Positions 1 to 11,500 of a stretch of DNA of 64,000 nucleotides are shown in pieces; positions within the stretch are counted from its first letter, which is position 1, and each line of letters opens with the position of its first letter. The DNA comes from Strigamia acuminata (Eukaryota). The translations under genes and the position numbers were made by a program. Location of the stretch: assembly GCA_949358305.1 (NCBI GenBank), contig OX442314.1, positions 17,670,001 to 17,734,000 of the forward strand. The letters run 5' to 3'. The notes beneath the pieces are model-generated. The model searched no databases, had not been told where the DNA came from, and saw nothing but the letters and a program-made list of their open reading frames with translations.

Positions 1-1977
1 CGGAATTTTGAATGCACCTACTATTTGAATTTGTTACATTTTGTTTGCTTTCTGGATTGAAATTATCTTTAATGAAAAGCGCTCCGACAGCCATTCCCAT
101 GCGTTTGTTGACCAATTCAATGCATTGGTTCCATCGAATTCTGTCTGCAGACACACCCCAAAGTACTTTTCGGAATTCCACTCTTTTTACTTGATACTTT
201 TCATCTAGATAAGGAAGCAATTCCAACACTAAACGCCATAGAGCGTAATTGTGAATTACACTAAAAGCAGAAATATTTTATTTTGTTTTTGTAAATTTTT
301 AAATAATTCATTACCCAAGCAAATAACTCACGTTCTGTTAGTCAACTTAAAAACACGTCCCATTTTCCGTAAATACGACATGGCATAAATAACCACGGGT
401 TCAGTGTCGTCGATTGTGATGGGCAAAAAAGTGTTGAGGTAATTTAGCCAATTGATCTAAATTTTTAAAAAAAAATAAACTAAATAGTTACTTTCTAAAA
501 TTTCTATCATCGAGTGATATTTAAAAGAAAATTATACTTCAGGTACTGCTTCTTGCAATTCTCGAAGTGTGACTTTGTCGTACATGGAACTCGTATCATG
601 TCTGTCAGCTTCCGGTACTGATGCCTAGAAATTGAGATGTTTTGCATATAAAACGTTTTACTTTTTCCCTTTTATTTACGTTTGCTAATTCGATTTCAAA
701 TTTCAAAACTTTTTTCATTTCCGTAATAGCGTATGTTTTATTGGAGCCGAGTAGTTCAGCGACATCAATCATCAATTTAAAGTACGCCTCTAATTCTCGC
801 TTGCTGCTCTTTTTTAAAAAATAATCCCGACTTGGCAAACCTAAGGGCATCTGATCCAGCTACCAGGAACACATTTTGTTATATATTTCAAAGGTACTAT
901 AATTTTTTTTTTAATTTTTTTTTTTAATTGTCAAACCTGAATAATATGAACGGATGAATTTTTATCATCAGGTCCAACCCATTGCTCCACACTAATTCCT
1001 AAATTGAATTCTCCTCTCAATCGACCCAGAAGAGTTTCTGTTGGCCACATGGGCGGTGTCCATTTCAGATTAGTCACAGGCCATCCGCCGAGATCGTAGA
1101 GAATTTGCCTGAGCGGGGTATCTCCAATAGCCTGTATCTGAGCTACGGAAATTGAAGCACCAGAAAATGAGTCATGTAAGATTCATTTATAACTATCTTA
1201 ATTAATTTACTTACATAAATTTAAGCAGGAACGGTAAAATATTTTCGCTTTTTTAGTGGCGTTGTTGTCCTGATTGTTAAAAGGGTCATCTAATAAACCT
1301 AATTTATTTTTTTTTTGAATTATTATTTTTTTTTATTTTTGAATTTAATTAATTTAAATGTCTGCCTTTTAAAATAATTTGTAGTTCGTCAGCCAAAACT
1401 TCAAAGGTGCTTATACTACTTCTATCTTCGGGAATGATATGTCTTTTGTTCCAAGAACCACATGCAAATTGAAAGAAGTCATCACACGGGTCTGCGTTTT
1501 TATCAATAGCAGCCAATAGAGATGACGCTGTAGTGCGAATAAAAGAAAAAGAGGTAAGGGAATAATAAATTGATTCGTTAATGGAATTAAAACAAACAGA
1601 ACCTGTTTTTACACATTCTTCGGTGAGGCACAGTTTCGAGTGATCTATCGATTGTGTGTTAAATTAATGAGTGGCAGTAATATTAAAGTGTCGTTTTTAC
1701 CTGTCCATAAGACGTAAAGAGAGCTAACTAAATACAGTAGTACGATACAAAAAATGATGAGAAGCGAAACGGATAGAAGGAGGAATTTTTCCAATGAAGA
1801 TCTTGTTTTGACTAGATGAGGTTGAACCAAATGAACGCTGATGGCTTTTTTCCCCAATTCCGGATCCAGTTGCTCATTTTGTAAGTTGGATGATTTTCCG
1901 TTCATAAGGGTAGTGGCACTTGCTTTCTTACTCCGCGATTCTGATTTGATGTTTACATTTTTATTCGCAGAATCCAT
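1..1977 (-). CDS. Nep1: Neprilysin (M13 zinc metallopeptidase), Nep1-like; 5' part only, multi-exon, continues beyond base 1
   Basis: ATG at 1977, then a cytoplasmic tail and a single TM helix (FLLLSVSLLIIFCIVLLYLV), giving a type II membrane protein. Spliced exons give CLTEECVKTASSLL..DPCDDFFQFACGSW..IPEDRSSISTFEVLADELQIILKGLL..AKIFYRSCLN..LGGWPV..LDQMPLGLPSRDYFL..VIHNYALWR, all typical M13 N-domain motifs. The catalytic HExxH motif is not in the window. Confidence 0.93.
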
Positions 1978-3883
1978 CGATAAAAATATGAGCTGAATAA
2001 TTACTTCATGACTCTAAATGACTATTTCTAAACCGCGAAAAGAAAAAAAAATTATTAAAAAAAAAAATTTAATTTATTAATCAATAAATTTAAAAGTAAA
2101 TTTTTTTTTTACTGCCATATTTACCAAATTTATGTACCAAATTAATTCAACATTGATTTTTCATGTCAACATTTATTTATCTCCGTCGTTAAATAGAGTT
2201 AATATTCAAAACTAAGAAAATTGATCACCTGTACTCAATTTTTTTTTCGTTTTAACCTACATTATATACATCAATTTTCTATTTTTACATGAAGGTTTTA
2301 TAAGCTACGTGTATACAAAATAACTGATTGATCACTGGCTGATCTGGTGTATATTTTCAACATTATTTTTCTTTCCCCTTTACTTCCTTTTTTCGAGACG
2401 ATTGCCCGAATGTGTCTGGGGAGTTTCTGTTTCCTTCTTCCCACCATACCCCAGTGGTAATTGCCCTTCTTGAGTAACCCCCAACTCCCCACCACATTTC
2501 TTTCTCGTCTTCTCCTTCGCAGCTGTTGCAATGGCAATTCAATAACACAAACTGTGTTGGATAAGTTTGGCTGCTAATTTAAGTGGCGTGCTTTAGCACT
2601 TTTCGTGTCGTACTACTTTGAAACAAGTGTTTAAGGCAACTAATCAATCGTTGTCTGTCCTTGCCGACGAGGAAATGCTCTGGCAGTGCGCAAAAAATGC
2701 TATAATTCATTCACACTCCATTAACAGATGAGCAAATTGCTCTCCCGGCGCCGCCGAGTATTTCAGGTGAAGAAGAAAACAGTTTAGGACTAATTTCTTT
2801 TTTCACACTACTTAAGCCGCAAATGCATTGCAAGTGATCTTTGGAAAATGCATTTGGCGACAGGTGTAACCCTAGTGAGCGTGTTGTTCGACCCTTGCTT
2901 TAAAACCCGGATGACAATTTCAATAATGCAATAAGCCTGCCCCATGTCGCTTGGAATATCTGGAATCTTTTTCTCAGGGGTTTTGGGTTGCCGTGACAAC
3001 CATCATTACACGGTGCTGAGAAAAATACCCTTGTGTGAATGTTAATTTCTCAGTTCTAGACGTAAAAAGAAGAAAAGAAATTGAGTTATCGAACGATTCA
3101 ATTTGGATACAATTAATTAGATCTTGATTATTTTTTTAAAAAACAAAAATATGTCGTAATAATATTTTAGCTGACTGTCAGAATTTACGGCAATTTAAAA
3201 AAAAAATTATTTTGTAAAATTTAATTTTTCTACGCATATACGATTCCATTATAAATTTCCGCATTTTCTGCGTTTTTTTTTTCCCGTGTGATAAATATAA
3301 CGCGTATGGAACATTTAATTGGCTTCAAAAGCAGACATGTTGACGAGACGTATCAATTCAATGCACGAATCTCATTGAAAAAGTCATCAGAAATTCACGA
3401 AAATAGTAACACAACTTTCTACATTATAAATAAAAATTTAATTGCAAATCAATAAAGAAAGAGTCCCATGCTTGCTCGCTTACTTAGCGGAAAAAATACA
3501 GCGTGTAATGGAAGAAAGAAAAAAAAGTTGAATGGGACGGGGTACTTTTTGGTTCTATGCATAAGAAATTTGTTTGAAAATCCTCGCTGTGAATAATTTA
3601 CTACCCCATCCCATCCTCGGCTTTATTGCGTTACACTATAGCGAGTGAAAAGCAACCCCTGTGGGTAGACTTGACTGCACCACGTGTTAGGGTTTGTGAT
3701 TACGACAAAAGCTGGTGATGGAGATTTCCAGATTGCGTTGATAGCCGCGTATGAATGGTAATTTAGAGAGGTCCGCAAATTCTATTAAAAATGTATGCAG
3801 GTGTAAACTTGTTAGACGCTGCCTTCACGTATGGCAGGTGAGAAGGGATTTTGAAATGAGCTATCGAGTTGCATTCGATGTCG

Positions 3884-4510
3884 ACTTACCCCGCGATCGC
3901 GTAGGAAACATGGTCCGGCCCATGAAGAGAAGAAGTGTGCAATGGGTTATTGTGGCAGGGTTCCGCGTGGGCGCACCTGGAGCTAGACCCTGATGACGAC
4001 TGAATGGTGATGGCACCTGAGACGCGGTTTGGCCTCTGTTTTCTGCAGAAATCGATCCAGCAGCCAATCAATAGGGACCTCGCTGTAGCGCTGGCCAGCT
4101 AAGAGGACCCGCGAGTGCCATATTCGCCACTCGATGAGATTTTTCTTTTTGAAGGTGACCCCCAGCACCTTTTCCTACTACGCATTATCAAGGTGTTCGG
4201 TATCAACATGCATTTCATTTGGGTTTAAAGGGTTGGTTATGGCAAATCGCAATTGACGACGCTAGTGAATGAATGAATTCTCTTTTCTGGTTCGAATTTT
4301 ACAGCTCGGGTTTGGGTTTATTTATTTTTTTTTTTTTTGTATATTTTTTAAATATTATTAATTTTCTATTTGATTTTATTTGTATTAGGTTGTTTCATAA
4401 CAGCAGGGAAATTGTGATAAGATTTGTTTTTAAATTTTTTTTTATTGGTTGCAGCCATTTGTTACCTTTTAATTCACACATGATACGAATCAGTTGGCTC
4501 TGATTGGCCG
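3884..4510 (-). promoter_or_regulatory. Candidate non-coding 5' exon and CCAAT promoter of the neprilysin gene
   Basis: The first coding exon is preceded by a polypyrimidine/AG acceptor at ~2029 (- strand). A strong minus-strand donor GG|GTAAGT lies at ~3889, inside a GC-richer block at 3750-4200. A minus-strand CCAAT box is at 4503-4507. Confidence 0.35.
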
Positions 4511-6949
4511 ATTCAAATCGTGCTGGGAATTTAGAGGAGGTTCACAGCTGCAGTGCTTATTCTTACAATAACTCTAAATTAAGTTTATTCGTAATATTTG
4601 CATTTAGGCGATGTTCTATTAGTATATGTAAATTTGTGTTGTGTTTTTAACCGATTAAAATATTGATTTTGGAAGAAAAATGTATAATTTATAAAAACAA
4701 AATAATTTTTTTTTTAGTGTATGTTAAATACAAGCGAATTTTGTAAACAAAAAACATTAGTCTGGACAGGGAAATTTGTTGTTCACGAATGTATTTATTT
4801 TTTCCACGCAAAATTTTCTCCATGATTCAATCATGTTGGCAGCAAAGTTTATTAAATTAATAAATCAGCCTTCACAAAATTGCATCAAGAAGGAAGTTAT
4901 ATTTTTCCGTCTCCTTAGCAACAGCCCTATCTCGAGATCGCAAAGCGCATTTCGAGTCGCGCTGCCTTTTCCGATAAGTCGTTGACGATGCCAGTGACCA
5001 GCACCAAAATTCACGCTTGAACGAATAATAATTGTGCTCTCGAGCTTTGAAATGAGAAACGAAGCCGAGCTTTGCGGTCAGACGATTGCAGACTACCGCC
5101 ATCTAGTGACAATATTTAAACTAAAGATTTCAATAAATATGGCTTCTATCTCTACGACAAAACATGGCGTGCTCTTTCCGCATTCTCTTATGTTTTCGAT
5201 TAAATTCATAACGATATTTTCAAATGGGATAATAAAGAAATTAAAAATGATATCTTTCTTGCTATTTTTATTTTTATTTTCTCGTCTTTGCGAGTGGTTA
5301 TAGTGCTAAACCAGATTTGATTAGTAGGGGGTCGTTGCAATCCAATACAGCGTGAAACAAGGCTAAAATTAACGATCGAAATGTGACATCATCGATGAGT
5401 CAGTCCTAATGGGGGCGTCCTTGGAGGCGACAGTATATCGTGCATTTTGGTGGTGTAGATAGACAAGATCGCGCAGGCTTTTTATTTTTTCTTTTATTTT
5501 CAGCAGTGGTGATTAAACTAACAAATGGTGGTTCATTAGTCTTAGCGTTAAGCCAATCTGATTAACCGATATTATAATTGAAGGACTCGTTCTGAGGCAG
5601 CAGCCAATCACAGCTGTTGCTCAGAGCGTGATGTCATATTGGTCATGCGCAGTGGAAATCCTCATTTGCACGCTAAGGGGACTGAATGAGAAAAGGTCTC
5701 TTTGAGGTCAACAATGCCATAATTATTTCTATTTGACTTGGACGCGCTGAAGGATTAAAATAATTATAAATCCAGAATGAAGGAAGTGAACCAGGAAGCA
5801 AGGACCAGCAAATAAAATAAAAATTAAAAACTTGCTTGGAAAACTAAATCAAAATTTTTTTTCTACACAAAAATATGCCTATTGTCGTTATGTTTTAAAA
5901 TTATTTTTATTTTTTACGATTTTTCGTTTCGCTTCCTGTGGAAAAAAGTGTTGGAAAAATATGTGGGAATTGCAGAGGGAAAGTTCATTGATCATCAATG
6001 CTCCGCCCATTTTTCTTTGAATAGACCGCGATTAAGATTTAACGAAGAGGTAGCATAGCAATTCGAATGGAAATTTGTTTTTTACTTTAAAAATAACGTT
6101 TTATTTTTTTCCCTTTTTCGTCTTCAGTGTCTGGATTATTGCAGGTAGTTTTTATTTTAACTACGCAACAGCCATTTGTACCCGGATCACGTCAATAACA
6201 ACTATTTTATATAGTTCACCCCTTAAACCTCCGAATAGATCCGTCCGCTAAAAGAGAACGTGTAGACTGACGTCAAAATCTCAACCAATCAAATTGGAGC
6301 ATTAAACCACTCCGCTATGGTTGTTGTAGCTCGGTTAGGGCATACTTTTTGAGCGACGAAAAAACTATTTCGGCAATAAGTAAAACTGTAAGTAACGTAC
6401 TCAATATTTTTATTCACAACTATTATTTCACTTTTCGTGCATTGCTCGGCGGCCACCACCTGATAAATATCGTTCTTTCTGTTGATTTGCTTTGTGTGGA
6501 GGGCGGCTGTGTCAACTGGGCATCCATAACTATCACCAGCCAATCAGTTGGCTTGATCTCTGGAATCAGGTTCAACATACCAAAACCATAATGAAATTTA
6601 CTTATTTCATCTTAGAATTTTTTTTATAAAATATCACACCAACTCCAAACTCCAAAAAATTTTTTTTTTCCATATTTTTCCATATTTTCTTTTCCAGGAA
6701 ATTAATTAAAGTTTTAATAGATAATTTTTTTTCTTCCTCTATTTTTCTCATTCGTTTACTCGGTATCGAATTCCTGGAATAATCACAAAGAGAATTACTG
6801 TTGCACTGTCAGTCGAATCTGAGCGTATTTTATACTATTCTTTAGCAAGCTTCGATGTATACAATATGCAATTTCGTATCCTGTTGTGGAATTAGTGGTG
6901 GTGGATGATATGTATCATACGAGCAACTAATTACTGTCAAGCGGCTTGT

Positions 6950-7298
6950 TTAAGCCCCGCCTACTCGGAATCATGTTGAGCCAATGGGAGTCGAGAAACT
7001 CAACATACCCCGAGACCCAGTTAGAGGCTTCCTCAATACAGAATAGGAGAAGCCAATATGGTAGGCTCCTCCCAAAGCGAGGTGTGTTTTATTTAGAGAC
7101 AGTTGACCAATTTGATTGATAACGACTTGCTCAAGGACCAGAGGCGCCTGAGCTTATGATTACACCAGTTTTCCACCATTTTCATCCTTTTTCCTGCACT
7201 TTCTGCAGCCTGTGCACCGTTTCGGATGTATTTTCCCTTCTCAGTGCAAGCAGACGACAATTTATTTTCTGATCGATTGCTTACGTCATACGATATAG
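6950..7298 (+). promoter_or_regulatory. Candidate polyhomeotic promoter and non-coding first exon
   Basis: GC box CCCCGCCT at 6955 and CCAAT boxes at 6981, 7053 and 7107, then a strong donor AG|GTAAGT at 7298/7299. The matching acceptor ttggaaag|GTGAAAAATG at 8548 lies just before the ph ATG. Confidence 0.5.
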
Positions 7299-8050
7299 GT
7301 AAGTTCGACAGCTAGACTAACTATTATTGGTTTCCTGATGCTAGCGAAAGGTGGAGTTAAATATTGTGCAAACATAATGCTCCTGTGTGACCATTTTTCT
7401 TTTCCAAATGAGTTTTTATTTGAGAAAAAAATCCACAAAAAATTAATAAGGAAATGAAAATAAATTTCTCTGCAGAAAATACGAAGGAAAAAATAATTGT
7501 ATTTAATCAGGGATTTATTTTATCGAAAACTGAGGTGAGAAATGAAAGTACAAGGCCGAACAGTTCATTTCTGTTCTCGTCCTGATAAGAAAACAACAGG
7601 TCTGTACACACAGATATTTACGTAAAGAAGTTATTTTCGAGGGGCTCCAGACAGGGCGTGGTTTTCTATTACCAACCCAGAGGCAGAGAAACGCCGACGG
7701 CTGCTGCGGATCGGTGGAACCAATTGGTTGTTTGCACTCGCCATCCTCCCCCAACCTCCATCTGGTATTGGCTGCGAGTGGATTCGCAGGTCACGGGGCT
7801 GCGTCATGGAGGAGGAAAATTCCCTCCTGCTGCTGCCACGAATGCCAGGGGGAGAAGGAAAAAGAAAAAAAAAGAGGAAAATTGTGGTGCGGGTGTTGAT
7901 AAGAGGGGAGGGAGGGAGACGCTTCGGGAAGGCCAGTGGAATAATAAATGAAGGTTTATGGACATTGTATTTGTGGCTTTTGGATGAAATGGGAGTTTGG
8001 TGTTGGGCAAGGGCGGGGTTGGCGAGGTTTTGATGGTTAGATCGATTGGT

Positions 8051-8092
8051 GTTCGTTTCGTTCCGTTCCGTTCCGTTTCGTTTCGTTTGGTT
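8051..8092. repeat. Degenerate pentanucleotide microsatellite (GTTYC)n in ph intron 1
   Basis: gttcgtttcgttccgttccgttccgtttcgtttcgtttgg read directly. Confidence 0.8.
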
Positions 8093-8555
8093 TTGCGTTT
8101 TGGAAAAATCATTTTTTTTTTTTTTGGTGGAGTTCAATTAGGTCGTTTTTTCTCGTACCCGTCAGCCATGTCGGGGTACGGTGGACCAAGTCGACCATTC
8201 GAAGCGAAATAATGAGATTTTTGTAAGAGAGGGGATTCGACCAAGGAATATTTAGGGCCTAATGAGGGCTAGGCTTAAGGGCAAAGAGAGGGGTGGCCGC
8301 CATATTTTTCTATGGTGTACTGTGGGGGTTTGTGCGTTTTGAAATTAAAACGAGATTGGGGCTTCTTTTCGTAAGAATGTTAGGAAATTTTTATATTTTA
8401 GTGCGGGGGAATCGAGATTATATTTTCAATTGTGTGCAAAATGTATTTAAATTTCTATAAATATAAATGGAATAAATTTTTTAATTTTTTAAAAATTAAT
8501 TTACGATTTTGTATTTATTTATTTATTTTTTGCTTTTGATTTGGAAAGGTGAAAA

Positions 8556-11500
8556 ATGGGTGAAAAAGCAGGTACGCCGACAAGTATGGGCACCATAGGC
8601 CGCACGCCGACGCCCAACAACGGCAATGGAGTAGTCCAGGCCAACGCCATGATAGCAGTGGCGGCAGCAAATGGAGTTTGCGTTTCGTCTTCCCAGCTCA
8701 CCCCCGTTACTCCAACGTCCAACGTGACGGTCACAACAACCGCGGCCATGACCCAACCCCATCCACCAATCACCCCACAGGTCATGGCTCATCCTGGGGT
8801 GCCCCCATCTCCAATTCCGCAGGTGAGCCACACCCTACCCTCTCCTCACATACAATTACCATTTGAATTTTCTTTATTTTCTTCAATTTTTCTCTGAATT
8901 TAAAATTTTTCCTTTTTTTCCTTCATTTTCTTTTTCATTCAAATCAACTAGTTTAAATGTAATTAAATGTTCATGGGGATATACTTGTACAGGTGCAAGT
9001 GATTCAGCAGCCAATGCATGCTCCAGCATATTTGCAACACATATACAATCCTCAACAACAGCTGCTTATGTCTGCTGGCAATATCACATTGCAACCAACA
9101 GGCATGAGCCCTTCTATACAGGTGAGTTTTTTTTGGTTTCTTTTTTCCTTTTCTTTAATTTCCCTCTTGACAATGGTATTGCACACCTGTATGCCTATTC
9201 ATGTGATTTTTTATGCCCATATTTTATTATTATTATTATTATTATTATTTTCATTTTTAAATTATGAGTGTCATTATTACTATTATCAACACACCCTTAT
9301 CTATTTGATCGTCCTGTTCCGTGAAAATTTCCTCGTATTTGTTGTGTTATTGCATCTGTATACGTTTTCTCTCTCTCTCTCCCCCTAATACCGGAAATTT
9401 AATCCAGAAATGTTGTTGTATACATTTTGTGACGTAATACCAGCATGTTGAGCAGCCGGACGAGATTATAAAAACAAGGTCTTTTTTAAGCCTCGAATTT
9501 CCATGGTTGAAATTAATTAAACTAGTTATATTTTTCCTATTCACTAAATACATAAATAAATAAATAAATAATATAAATAAATAATATTTTTGAAAAAAAA
9601 CCATTTTGATCGTTATAACGGTACTTCACAGTAAACATAATTTTTTTTAAAAAAATCAATGCCCTTACGTTATTAATACACGTTGCTACTGCGTAGATAA
9701 ACATTCGAACAAGGGAGTTAGAAGTGTTTCTTTAGAGAAAATGTGCAAGTGAAAATTGCATATAAACATACACTTTATGTCCGAGTGAGAGAAAAAAAAT
9801 GGTAGGTTTTAATGAATTCGTTTTATTATTAATTTGGTTTAATTACAAACCTAGATAATGCACAATGTTGAGTTGAGAATGTTTGCAAAAATGATGATGG
9901 GGTTTGAAATGTAAAATATTGAGAAAGTGCCTCTTGATGTGATGTTGGTGCCCTATCCGTAGGCTTTCAGTGCGCCTGTTCTGGGATTGCCTCTGCTGAG
10001 TAAAGCACCTGCTTTGGAACCGAAAACATCCACGATAGCAGCAACCTTCAAACCTATGATTTATCCCGCTACCACGATCCAAAATGGGGTGTCCGTCAGT
10101 ACAACGAGTGGCAGGACTGGTGTAGCTCCTTTGCTCGCACCGTCACCTGTTTTTACGGCCAGTCGACAGGTTTATAAATTATTGTCTCTCATTGAATTCA
10201 AAAACCCTCCTTGTATATCCCTCGCTTGACTTTTTTTTCCTAACTCGATACGGTAAGGAAAGTTCACATCACAGGCACAACACCAACAAAATGTACAAAA
10301 CGAGCTGCTATTTTTGAGTTTTTGTTTTCTCATTTATTTTTATACATTTTTTCTCGTGAGAAACAAGTTTTTTTTATACTACTTGCCAACTGGATTTTAA
10401 AAATAAAATTCGTGTTTATTATGGCAAAAAAGAAATCGATCAAGGTTGGCAAGTAATGTTTTATTATTTAAGAGTCTTTTTGCCCTTATTAAACTGTGCA
10501 TTTTTGGTGGCTTTGTAATTTCAGCTTGATTAATACTAATACGTTAAGGTGGCTTTGATTATACGGAGACTTGTGTGTTTTATACATTCACTGTGCACGT
10601 TTTCCCTGACTTAAAAGACTACTGCTTTCATTAACTTTGTATTTATCATACACACACGTAAAAAATATATATATTCACTTAAGCGCTTGACACCACAAAT
10701 TTTCTTGCTAAATTAAGTAGATTAAAACGTTTAGTTATTTAATTCTATATTTTATGCATTTTAATTTTGGTTGCATGTGCATTTTTTAATTAAAAAAGGG
10801 ATACGTAGAAAAATGTAATTTGAATATTTGTCAAGTGGAAAATCATTTATTACCGGAAGTTTGTTACCAAGTAACAGCAATTATACTGTTGCCAACACAT
10901 TTTCTCACAGCACAACTGTTACCAAACAGTATTTTTTAATTGCCCTCATTAAAATAACTTCCAAGTTAACGTGAAACCTAGTCCGCTCCTCTACCTTCCC
11001 TTAACATAGGTAATAACGACTGGGAAACATTGTGTCCCAAACCAGATCACGCCGCAGATGCTTGCAGCTGCTGGCAAGCCAATTCTGCAAGGCCAGTCAA
11101 ATTATATCCCATCCAATGCAAACCAGACGCTTGTCATTGGCCAGCTGGGTGTCATCTCTTCGCAACCATCGTTTTCTACTGCCCAACAACACTCCAAAGC
11201 TGTGAGTGATGCACAAAAAATGAAACCTTTTGTAAGTAATCACTTATTAAATTCATTTGTAAGTAGTTGCTTATTTTAACAATTTTGGATTAGTAAAAGT
11301 AAAGAAAGTGTCTTGATTTTGTGTAGGTCATGGGACAAGCTACAGCACTGCAACCGAAGTCACCCATATTACCACATCCGCAACAAGGAACGGCGGTTTC
11401 CGGTAATGCCGGTACGGCAACTGCCACCGTTCTCAACTCGTCGCAGTTTAAACAAATTTCGCAAGGAACCACCATAGTATCCACTCCTCAACTTATCACC

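Noticed and set aside
3989..4021. TGATGA...CTGA box C/D-like pair
   Set aside because: The boxes are only ~30 nt apart with no terminal stem, too short for a snoRNA.
7515..8212. Pile of overlapping 60-170 aa ORFs on both strands
   Set aside because: They are low-complexity translations of a G-rich/microsatellite region inside ph intron 1, with no recognisable domain or consistent splice signals.
10996..11009. TCCCTTAAC resembling a U12 branch point at a ph acceptor
   Set aside because: It is only ~4 nt from the AG, and the upstream donors are ordinary U2 type.
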